A DNA stretch of 64,000 nucleotides from NCBI GenBank assembly GCA_040437565.1, contig JBDOQK010000053.1, positions 186,001 to 250,000 on the forward strand. The letters run 5' to 3'. Below the pieces are notes generated by a model that did not search any database, was not told where the DNA came from, and worked only from the letters and a program-made list of their open reading frames with translations. Made by a program: the position numbers and the translations under genes. The DNA comes from Albugo candida (Eukaryota). Positions within the stretch are counted from its first letter, which is position 1. Each line of letters begins with the position of its first letter. This document shows, piece after piece, positions 24,257 to 34,724 of this stretch.

Positions 24257-25629
24257 TTCGCTTGAGACACATTTGAGAATCGGCTGAGACATTTATTTTA
24301 AAAATTTTTGAGCGTTAAAAATCACCTGGCAGATTTGATAAAATACGACTATCGCGGAGTGGTTTGGAAGTAACGTGGCCATTGAAAGTAGAAAATACAA
24401 AATCTGATCCGTCATGAGGAGACAAAGTGCACAAAGACGTTCTTTTACACATATACGCTCCGGCTTCATTGCTTGATATGCGCCTCTATAACCCTTAGAT
24501 CATCCATGTTCGAAATACGCACGAAGCACGATCCGAGAAGCCAACGGTACGTATGAATGAGAAACGCAATTTTTATCTGTTGACTTTGAATCAATCGACC
24601 GGAAGCGCATACAGCACCATGAAAGCTTTACAAATACAAAAATATGGTGCTGGTATGCTTGGAGTATTTCTAGCGTATTACCGTTTCGTGGGCGCACAAT
24701 ACATGAAGTTGCAGCATCAAACACCTGATGGATCAAATACGATAGGAGGATTAAGGGTCAAGATATATCTCCTACGAGAACGCGGCTCGGATGCACATCC
24801 TATTACCGACAATGACCTCTATTTGTTAACTTTTCCCATTGAGGAGGACGATCCAAATGGAGTTGAAGCTTTCAATGAAATCAAGGGTGATATGCCAATT
24901 GATAAGGTCAAGTTACAAGATAATTCACCCGGAAAACCGGCTTATCCCACGGCAATCATTCCCAATTTATACGCCAAGTTCGATCGAGACGAACGCAAAC
25001 AGCCTGAGAAACAAAAACACGGCCGCACTTTCTTGACGGAACTCAATGAACTTCGAGCTCCGAGCAAAATGGAAGTGGAAGTAAAAGTATTGAGAAGTTA
25101 CACGCGTACCATCAAGAAGAATAGTTATACGTGTGGCTGGGTGCTGCGAGGGTGTTCGTTGAAATTCTTATCCTTGCAAACTACGCTTTACGAAGATGAG
25201 AGCTTGATCACCATGAATCCTCAAGTGTACATCTCGAGTAACAGCGGGATATATTCATTTGATATGAAGATGGTTCCACAACTTTATTTGTATCAAATGA
25301 ATTTTCCAGGCAAAAGACAATTTACACCTGAGATGGATTTGTCGAGTGTAGAAATGAACTTCATCGGCGAAAAGAGACATCGTTATAAGGTTGAATTTCG
25401 GCCCGATAACTTAATGACGACAATTCCGGAAAGCTTATTTGACACGTTAAGAGAAAGTTTGATTCGCATGGACTTCTATTGGGAAAGTAATCGCTACCAA
25501 CGGCCATGCCAGCAATTGGAGTACGAAAAAGTCGTCGAATTTATCAAGAAGAACAAGCGCATCTCCGGTCTACCCCCACTCGACCTTATGTATGGAAACG
25601 AGCAAGTGTTGACTATCAAAGCCAATAAA
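24257..25629 (+). repeat. Duplicate of 25730-27102 abutting a gap (includes truncated copy of the pepsin-like ORF, 24553-25629); probable assembly overlap
   Basis: Offset 1473 nt, no differences seen, ends at the N-gap 25630-25729. Confidence 0.85.
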
Positions 25630-26091
25630 NNNNNNNNNNNNNNNNNNNNNNNNNNNNNNNNNNNNNNNNNNNNNNNNNNNNNNNNNNNNNNNNNNNNNNN
25701 NNNNNNNNNNNNNNNNNNNNNNNNNNNNNTTCGCTTGAGACACATTTGAGAATCGGCTGAGACATTTATTTTAAAAATTTTTGAGCGTTAAAAATCACCT
25801 GGCAGATTTGATAAAATACGACTATCGCGGAGTGGTTTGGAAGTAACGTGGCCATTGAAAGTAGAAAATACAAAATCTGATCCGTCATGAGGAGACAAAG
25901 TGCACAAAGACGTTCTTTTACACATATACGCTCCGGCTTCATTGCTTGATATGCGCCTCTATAACCCTTAGATCATCCATGTTCGAAATACGCACGAAGC
26001 ACGATCCGAGAAGCCAACGGTACGTATGAATGAGAAACGCAATTTTTATCTGTTGACTTTGAATCAATCGACCGGAAGCGCATACAGCACC

Positions 26092-27270
26092 ATGAAAGCT
26101 TTACAAATACAAAAATATGGTGCTGGTATGCTTGGAGTATTTCTAGCGTATTACCGTTTCGTGGGCGCACAATACATGAAGTTGCAGCATCAAACACCTG
26201 ATGGATCAAATACGATAGGAGGATTAAGGGTCAAGATATATCTCCTACGAGAACGCGGCTCGGATGCACATCCTATTACCGACAATGACCTCTATTTGTT
26301 AACTTTTCCCATTGAGGAGGACGATCCAAATGGAGTTGAAGCTTTCAATGAAATCAAGGGTGATATGCCAATTGATAAGGTCAAGTTACAAGATAATTCA
26401 CCCGGAAAACCGGCTTATCCCACGGCAATCATTCCCAATTTATACGCCAAGTTCGATCGAGACGAACGCAAACAGCCTGAGAAACAAAAACACGGCCGCA
26501 CTTTCTTGACGGAACTCAATGAACTTCGAGCTCCGAGCAAAATGGAAGTGGAAGTAAAAGTATTGAGAAGTTACACGCGTACCATCAAGAAGAATAGTTA
26601 TACGTGTGGCTGGGTGCTGCGAGGGTGTTCGTTGAAATTCTTATCCTTGCAAACTACGCTTTACGAAGATGAGAGCTTGATCACCATGAATCCTCAAGTG
26701 TACATCTCGAGTAACAGCGGGATATATTCATTTGATATGAAGATGGTTCCACAACTTTATTTGTATCAAATGAATTTTCCAGGCAAAAGACAATTTACAC
26801 CTGAGATGGATTTGTCGAGTGTAGAAATGAACTTCATCGGCGAAAAGAGACATCGTTATAAGGTTGAATTTCGGCCCGATAACTTAATGACGACAATTCC
26901 GGAAAGCTTATTTGACACGTTAAGAGAAAGTTTGATTCGCATGGACTTCTATTGGGAAAGTAATCGCTACCAACGGCCATGCCAGCAATTGGAGTACGAA
27001 AAAGTCGTCGAATTTATCAAGAAGAACAAGCGCATCTCCGGTCTACCCCCACTCGACCTTATGTATGGAAACGAGCAAGTGTTGACTATCAAAGCCAATA
27101 AATACGTGAGGTTTATCTCAGAAAACGATCACACCATCTGTGCTCTGAATTTTATTCCGAATTCAGAAAAGAAGTTGGTGTTGGGATCTTCATTTCTATA
27201 TGCTTATTCTATCATCATCCAAAATGCTGATGGTACGAAATTTTATAAATTCTCTGATGCCGATGTATAG
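26092..27270 (+). CDS. Putatively secreted pepsin-like (A1) fold protein lacking catalytic D[TS]G motifs
   Basis: C-terminal half follows the A1 C-lobe pattern: MTTIPESLFDTL..YQRPC..LPPLDLMYG..LTIKANKYV..CALNF..LVLGSSFLYAYSII. No DTG/DSG anywhere. Weak signal peptide from Met at 26092 (frame opens at 26026). Confidence 0.65.
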   Translation: MKALQIQKYGAGMLGVFLAYYRFVGAQYMKLQHQTPDGSNTIGGLRVKIYLLRERGSDAHPITDNDLYLLTFPIEEDDPNGVEAFNEIKGDMPIDKVKLQDNSPGKPAYPTAIIPNLYAKFDRDERKQPEKQKHGRTFLTELNELRAPSKMEVEVKVLRSYTRTIKKNSYTCGWVLRGCSLKFLSLQTTLYEDESLITMNPQVYISSNSGIYSFDMKMVPQLYLYQMNFPGKRQFTPEMDLSSVEMNFIGEKRHRYKVEFRPDNLMTTIPESLFDTLRESLIRMDFYWESNRYQRPCQQLEYEKVVEFIKKNKRISGLPPLDLMYGNEQVLTIKANKYVRFISENDHTICALNFIPNSEKKLVLGSSFLYAYSIIIQNADGTKFYKFSDADV

Positions 27271-27329
27271 GTGCTAATGACGGGAAAGCATCCCAACACA
27301 TCCTCAAGGATCTGTGGTGAATTACTCTT

Positions 27330-29074
27330 TCACGAAAAAGATAAAAAGCAATATACACTGCACGACTGATTTTGGGGCCTATTTGTGTAGTCTGATTTCT
27401 CCATGGCCATAATAAGCCTTGACGCACTATTACTCTCGATCCCTGAGGAGGAACGGAACGCATCCGTTGACGTGAGTGCAGTCTTGTACAAATGGTTAGT
27501 GCCCAATGCGATCGAAGTAGCTGCTTCCTTGGCAAAGTATGAATCGAGAATCTTTCCCATCAGAAAGACGGCAAAAGTTCATTGTTTTACTTTTTTCCGA
27601 AGGTGAAAAACGAAGACGCAATCACCAATATATATTAATAGAAGTAAGTTTCATAAATTGCTGGTTCATTGTTGCTCTTTGATGTCGTTGGTGTCAGCTT
27701 GCAATTTGATTTCATCGTGATTCTGTACTGCGAATTGCAACACTTTGTGCGGTGTCACCTACAAAGCCTTCGCATGAGTCTATTGAGCTGGATGACGAGG
27801 AGGAAGATGAAAAATGGCGGCGCTGTGACTCAATCAACTGATGAAACTTCGTACGATAAGTAAGCGACTTTATCCAACCTCCTAGTGGTCTCAGCATCTT
27901 GTCCTATCAACAGCTAATTATTCATAAGTGCTCATAATCGATAGTGACGTTTTACTCGTAGCTTGCGTCTACCATTGTAGCGATATCGGTAAAATCTGAG
28001 GAAGAAGACACTTCTCATCCCAAGTTCGGGTTTTAATAGAGATCAGAGCAGCATTTGGGCTTTACTTTGCTTGTTGCTGCCAGTGTACGTTCACGCTTAT
28101 AAACCTGCCCGTGAGATTCTACTATGAATTGCGCCAAGTCCGACCATGCTCCGGTATGTGTGCGCCATAAGGTCGATCCACGGTGATACGTATGTGGTTC
28201 GATGAAGCATCTGATGATTGGATGATCTGTTGATAATCGACTATTCTCCTCTAGGGTACGCTCTGTCTCTGCTTCGGTTAGAAAAGAGTCTGAAATATAA
28301 CGTTGATGCCTGAACGGACTGTAGCATCACTGGCCTATACATTGGTAAAGATTTCGATACCTTCAAGTTGTTTGGTCGACCCGAGAGTACTTGTATTGGT
28401 AATCAGATAAGAAACGATAGGGGGAGTCAATTCACTTGATCGTAATAAATCTCAATCACCATATAGATCACAAGGAAAATACCAGCATCATGCCTAGCAT
28501 GATTTCCGCATTTGATTGTTTTGATCGATACACCGCAGCCAAGAAAGATTAAGTACCCATTGTCGATTGTGTGATTTCGGCTGGATAAGCTTGTATGAAA
28601 CAGAGCGATGACTTTTAGATTGGCAATATTTCATGCACTGAGGTCGTTTGCACAGATCATTCCAATGAATCGATGGCATTTCTTCGATGACTTCGATGTT
28701 GCTTAAATATGTTCAGATACATTCGACGACATTATTCCGATCAGAAATGGTCGAAATCGGGGATTTCTCAGCACCATATGAAAAGAAAAAAATTCAAAAA
28801 CATACTGCATCGCATTATCTGCGCAGTCACCTGCTCGATACATTACACAAAGTGATGCACGTAATACATTTGCAATCCTACTCATCTCAGAAAAGCTCAT
28901 CATAGGAGCTGCTACATCTGCCTTCCCACCTTGCGCCTTCCATAGTGATTCCTGACTGTGATGTTCATTCGCAAGATTCCTGTTATTGTCATACCTCTGT
29001 TTCGAAATGTTTGCTGGCTCAACTCTGTGAGCAGAACATAGCTCAATATCCTCCTTTGTTTTTGGTTGTATCAT
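27330..29074 (-). pseudogene. Possible decayed protein-coding sequence of unknown family
   Basis: Several protein-like minus-strand stretches (28703-29074, ~28050-28330, 27330-27560) broken by stops; no recognisable domain. Confidence 0.25.
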
Positions 29075-30932
29075 TTTGACTTTATAAAATCATATTCAAT
29101 TTCATCAAGATCCACAAGTCGGCATATATATCAAAAAATTATCAATGCGGTTTCTTCAATATGCCAGCCACCATCATAATTACGCACTAGAATTCAATTC
29201 ATTGATTTTGATTGAAGCAGCCATTTGTTCGAAATCATTGTCCGCTTGACGACTGATTGCCTAGTCGATATCTGATACCTGGCCCTTATAAAATTATGCC
29301 TCTATTTTCGATAAGTTTGATTTGCATCCAAGATACTTGAGTGAAGGAAAACTTACTTGGTAATCCTTACAATACGCTTCCTAACCAAGCTTTATTCTCT
29401 TTTCCGTGCTACCTCTTCCGACATAATGCTATCAGTCATTCAAGTTTTTGCTTGTATCGGGAATGTTACGTCGTTGATAAGAGCCCAACACGAAGATTAC
29501 GCTGTCTGCTCACTGTTTCATGTATTCCACACCAAACGTATAAACATGGAGACTATGAGGAAAATGTGAATCCGAATTGAATCAACATTTGATCGCTTTA
29601 GAAAATTGTTTGCAGTCCAATGAGTTGGAATGCGATCTGGAATTCACGAATAAGGAAGAAAATCACATCACATGAGCGTAAAATCAACAAACTGATCCGA
29701 AGCTGTGCTGATGCCACACTGAGATGCGAAGAACACTGCAAGGAAAATAATATTATAAGGGGATCGGAATCACTCAAGAATACGTTGTTCGCAGCAGAAG
29801 ATACGGCCATTGAATTTAGTCTTTTCGAGGTGACTCACCTTGCTATGGTAAGCTCTTCATGGAATATCGTTTGAAGTCGAATGCAGTCAAGCAAAAGGAT
29901 ACAAAGAAAAAGCTCCTACATGTGCAAGCCCCGAAAAACGAAGAATTAATCAGTGAAGTGTCCCCATTTGTACAGAATTTCTGCTGACGAAGGAAGAGTA
30001 GTATAGATAGTTCCGAGGATCCAATTAGATTCTTGGCCTTATTGCATCGAACTCGGCAAGTAATGTCGGATGAAATCCAATGCGTGACAAATGTGAGTAA
30101 ATTGATGAATTTTATGGACGTGAAGCACTAGCAAGCTCGCTTCAAGAGCAGTAGCGTTAAAAAATGAAATCTAAGCAATTTAAAGACAGCTCAAGCATCT
30201 ACAGGTGATCTTTCTTTGATTGTATGCAGTCGAGCATATCATAACAGTATATCTAATGCCAAACCAAGAAAGACGACTGTGGGTTGGGTCGGGGGTACTC
30301 GCTCTCTTGGCCACATTGATATTTATCATAAATCAGCGTACGGGCATTCCAGTAATATCGGAATTGTTCCAACAATGATACCAGTGATTCACTGTAACCA
30401 CGCCGGCCATTTTTACTGAGGCTTTCGTCCTCTGATCATGAATTGTGGAAATAACCCGAAAAACGTTATAATTGCATTGGCCATAAACGTACGGATACAC
30501 ATCTCTTTGTTGGCACGAAATGATAGAAGTGTAGTGCTTAGCAGGTGGCAAATGGAATACTATTTACACTTAGGTCCTTAGTTCGCAAAATCTCTTGCAA
30601 CTCTAAGCCTACTGACTTCTTTAACTACACGTTACATCTCGCATTACTGATCCTATAGTTGCGCGCTAGAAATCGCCAGTCCGCGCGTCAGTAATCCTGT
30701 GTCGTAACCAACATGCATTGTGCGATAGTGTAACTTGANNNNNNNNNNNNNNNNNNNNNNNNNNNNNNNNNNNNNNNNNNNNNNNNNNNNNNNNNNNNNN
30801 NNNNNNNNNNNNNNNNNNNNNNNNNNNNNNNNNNNNNNGTCCTCTGATCATGAATTGTGGAAATAACCCGAAAAACGTTATAATTGCATTGGCCATAAAC
30901 GTACGGATACACATCTCTTTGTTGGCACGAAA

Positions 30933-31173
30933 TGATAGAAGTGTAGTGCTTAGCAGGTGGCAAATGGAATACTATTTACACTTAGGTCCTTAGTTCGCAA
31001 AATCTCTTGCAACTCTAAGCCTACTGACTTCTTTAACTACACGTTACATCTCGCATTACTGATCCTATAGTTGCGCGCTAGAAGTCGCCAGTCCGCGCGT
31101 CAGTAATCCTGTGTCGTAACCAACATGCATTGTGCGATAGTGTAACTTGACAACAACACACCCTTCTTCAACA
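30933..31173 (-). mobile_element. More diverged LTR of the same Copia family (LTR2); partial duplicate at 30521-30738 is a gap overlap
   Basis: TGATAGAA...CTTCAACA; shares ttaggtccttagttcgcaaa, ctctaagcctactg and cttgacaacaacac with LTR1/LTR3 but has internal deletions. Confidence 0.85.
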
Positions 31174-31395
31174 CGATCGCATCATCGGCACCTTAGCTAG
31201 TGTAGACTCACTAGAGGTCGCAGCTTGGCAAGCTTGTGGTTGTCTACTGCTTAGGTCAATAATTTTACCGGAATATATAAATATTTTTTTTTTTTNNNNN
31301 NNNNNNNNNNNNNNNNNNNNNNNNNNNNNNNNNNNNNNNNNNNNNNNNNNNNNNNNNNNNNNNNNNNNNNNNNNNNNNNNNNNNNNNNNNNNNNN

Positions 31396-34225
31396 ACGTC
31401 ACCTTGAGCATCACATTTCTACCCTTAAGCTTGAGAATGTGTTGGAGCTGTCCCTTCTGCACGCTGGAAAGCGTCAGGATATTCCTCACATGTTGTGTAA
31501 CACGACGACGTTGTCTTCACGAATATAAACACGGTGTCATCTGATCTCGTCGCTGCGCCTGACAATTGTGCACGCCTGCGCCCGATGTGCTAGCGATCTC
31601 TTCTTTGGATCGCGATACAAGGTACGCGTTGATCCAAATATAACGATGTCGCATAGCTCGGGAGCTTGCTTTGTCAATACTTCAATTGGCGATGCAGATT
31701 GGGATTGACGCTTGCAGAGATGCGATTAAACCGCGTCATTCCAGAGAGACAGCGAGTGGCTGCTTGCGAATATCATATATCATGACTTACAAAGTAAATC
31801 CACATTGTTGTATTATCCACCACCGTCAGTTCGTAATCCTGGGCCCAGCAATTGAAACTCTTCTCAAAGAACATTCAGAAAATGCTCAAAATTCTTCGCC
31901 ACTTGATCCTTGATGCGTGCGAGAAATAAGCGGCAGTAATTGTTCTTGTGGTCCACGAAGTTGACGAGATACCGATTTTACATTAGATCCTTTGTTGTAA
32001 TGGTTACTTTGAGGCCTAAGAGATAACACTACCAACACGGTCAATCGGCGAATGCACGCCTGTGTCCTTCTTGGACTGCGCGCTCTTTCACTTCTTTGCT
32101 TTCGCGCATGTGAGACACGTCATTCACTCATGATCAGTAAGCCGGATTCCAGATCTAGGCTCACGTCCCATTCTATCAATAGTGTCGTAGGATAGATGGC
32201 CAAAACGGTGGTGAAAGTGCCCGAGCGTTCCTGAATGCACACCTTCATCAACTTCCTGGCTTTTGCTTCATCAATCGCGACAATGAACGTCTTCAATATC
32301 CCTTCGTCAACTCTTCCTTCTTGCGTCTCGATGACGAGCACGTTGTTGCACATCCCTACGTCAAACACGACGGATCCGGTATTGAGGGAGATAAGGGCTC
32401 GCCTGTGATTCTTATACTTGAGACCGTAACCTTTAAGCTCAAGCTTACCGTACGACACGATATTGGGCGTTGGCAGCGGTGCGTAGTAGACTTCTGTAAG
32501 TCAGATAATACTTGCTTTTCCGCATGCCATCACGTGAATCACCACATTTACGACCATCGTACGACGAAGCGTTTTTCCGTTGGCGACCAGGCATTTATCA
32601 TCACATTCTATTGCATCTTCGAAAAGCGCCTCATCATTGACGAGATGCCTGCTAGATCCACAAGCTGTCCTGGTCCTTGGTATCTTGTATGGACAAACTT
32701 TAGTTAACAATGTCCTATGTCCTGATATTGTTCATATAAGTACCCTTGACGCCATTGTTTCTCTTCGCCTTATCCTTTCGTCAGGACAGACCGACTGGAT
32801 GTGCCCGACTTTGCCACACCTAAGACACGTGCGCGTATCAACGGCGTGGCATGCTTTCAGCAACGTGTGTTACGACGTCATTGCCAAGGGAGGAAGTACT
32901 TCGCGTATCCAACTCGACCGACTGTGCGAAATTTGCAAGCTCTTTAGCTTGAGCAAGATAGTCGGGACGAGTCCCGTTGTAATTGGCCATTAGAACCGTC
33001 TGAAGCTCAGTCGACGCATAGTGCATAATGTTCTCTAGCACTCGCGTCAGCGCCGCCACATGCATCGCTCACCGCCACCAAGTAAAGGTAAGTTTCATCC
33101 AGGTTCTCTTTGGATCCTCCTTCGCTGTAAAAAGCTTCATCGACCGCGATGCTGTGATACTTGTCTTGAATGTCTGAGGAAGACGCTCCCTAACGTGAGC
33201 AAGCGTTGGTGCTTGATACCACCATGTCTCGACCTTCTTGTTGTAGTAGCGCTCGGCCGTGCCGCTAGGGTAGTTGCCAAGCAGGTCAGTCTTTAGATAT
33301 TCGGACCAGTCGAAACCACATGCCACTTGAGCGTACTGGACCTGACACATGAATGTCCTTCCCCAATCCAGAAAACCGGAGCCTATGCCTCGATACAGCT
33401 CGGAGCCATCGAATTTCCGGATAGTCAATCTTCTTTGAAGCTCGTCCGGGACTCTCATTGCTTACCGTGCGTCTGTCTTCATCCGCCGCTCATAATCCCG
33501 CGACTCCGCGAAAACCATGTCTGAATATGGAACGCATACCAGTGGCGCTGCTTGCGGTTCCCGCCATCCTGACTGCGCCGCGTTCCGGGCAGCTCCTTGT
33601 TGGGATAGACTTGTACGGCCCTGCCCAGTTCTTGGACGCATCGGCGAGTTCCCTAGTGCGTCGATGTGTATCGGTGTACCGATGCGACCATTGGCAAATG
33701 TAGAGCGGAACATCCCCTGCTAAATCGCATCCATCATGCGGTCTTCTTCATCGCGCTTCAGCTGTAAGACCTCTACCTGTACCATTCGCGCTTGCAGGTC
33801 GACGATAGTCGCTAGTGTTTGAGCGTTGACGTCATTCGCCCCTTTCGTGGGTCGTCGATACGCCTTGAGCCACTGCAGGAGACCCTTCGGTGCTTCCGTG
33901 ACCGTCGCCAAATCTGACTGGGGTTGGTGCGTTTAGCGTGCTTTCAGAAACAATTGTTTGGCTATCAACCTGTAGAGCGTGCGCAGTGCTCAGCAGGTGA
34001 CAAACTGAATACTAAAAATATAATTAGGTCCTTAGTTCGCAAACTCTCTTGTTACTCTAAGCCTACTGGTTTCTTCGACTATACCTTGATAGTTTCCATA
34101 CCGCGCATCACTAATCGTATAGTCGCGCAGTAGATATCGCCTGTCCGTGCGTCAGTAATCCTGCGCCGTAACCAACATGAATGGTGCGATGGCGTCACTT
34201 GACAACAACACATCCTTCTTCATCA
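31396..34225 (-). mobile_element. Degenerate Ty1/Copia retrotransposon: 5' LTR (33971-34225), gag, protease, integrase; RT/RNase H not visible
   Basis: gag LTIRKFDGSELYRGIGSGFLDWGRTF..GFDWSE..GTAERYY; protease remnant GSSRHLVNDEALFEDA; VMSYGKLE; integrase CLTCAK..QSKKDTG..SPIDRVG..NRYLVNFVDHKNNYCRLFLA; PIEVLT..IVIFGS..YRDPKK; RVYI..TQHVRNI. Many stops and frameshifts. Confidence 0.9.
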
Positions 34226-34724
34226 TACTAAGCATCCATTCGAACACTCTGACTTAGATCGACTCGAAAGGAATATATGATCGAATGTGGATTACGAAGG
34301 GAGGGCATAGTGATACATTAAAGCTATTCCAGCACGCTACAAGTACCTTAGTCTCACTCGGATAAGTGTGTGGAAGAATATCTGTCGCGCTTGGTCAGGA
34401 TGACGGAGTTGCTCGCGGACATGGATCGTAGAAAAGAATCAAACTGCCTAATTCCAAAGGAAAGGTGTTTAGCGTGCAGTGTGGGCTTCGTCATGGCGCT
34501 TGACGTATGGTAAATCCTATTGTCTGGGTCCGTCTCAAAGAGACAAGAGGTAGACTGCAGTGCGGATCATGTCTACTGGTGAAGAAACAGAACACAAAGC
34601 CTCAGTCAAGAGTGTGAAGCGGCTCTACATGAGAACGCAGATGGTTCCTGGAGCATAGAGCTGTACCATCGAAGTGTGTACGAGCTTCTCTCTTTGTCTG
34701 CACAGAGTTTGTGGTAGCGAGAAA

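Noticed and set aside
24257-27102. Apparent tandem duplication of the pepsin-like gene
   Set aside because: Copies look identical and abut a 100-N gap; the same pattern occurs at 9 of 13 gaps, indicating unmerged contig overlap.
30521-30738. A fourth LTR copy in tandem
   Set aside because: Part of a gap-flanking duplicate (30427-30738 / 30839-31150); one SNP suggests an allele, not a separate insertion.
30928-34230. LTR2 as the 3' LTR of the Copia remnant
   Set aside because: Outer flanks CGAAA vs TACTA do not match, no polypurine tract is adjacent, and LTR2 is more diverged from LTR3 than LTR1 is. Not fully excluded because of the gap at 31296.
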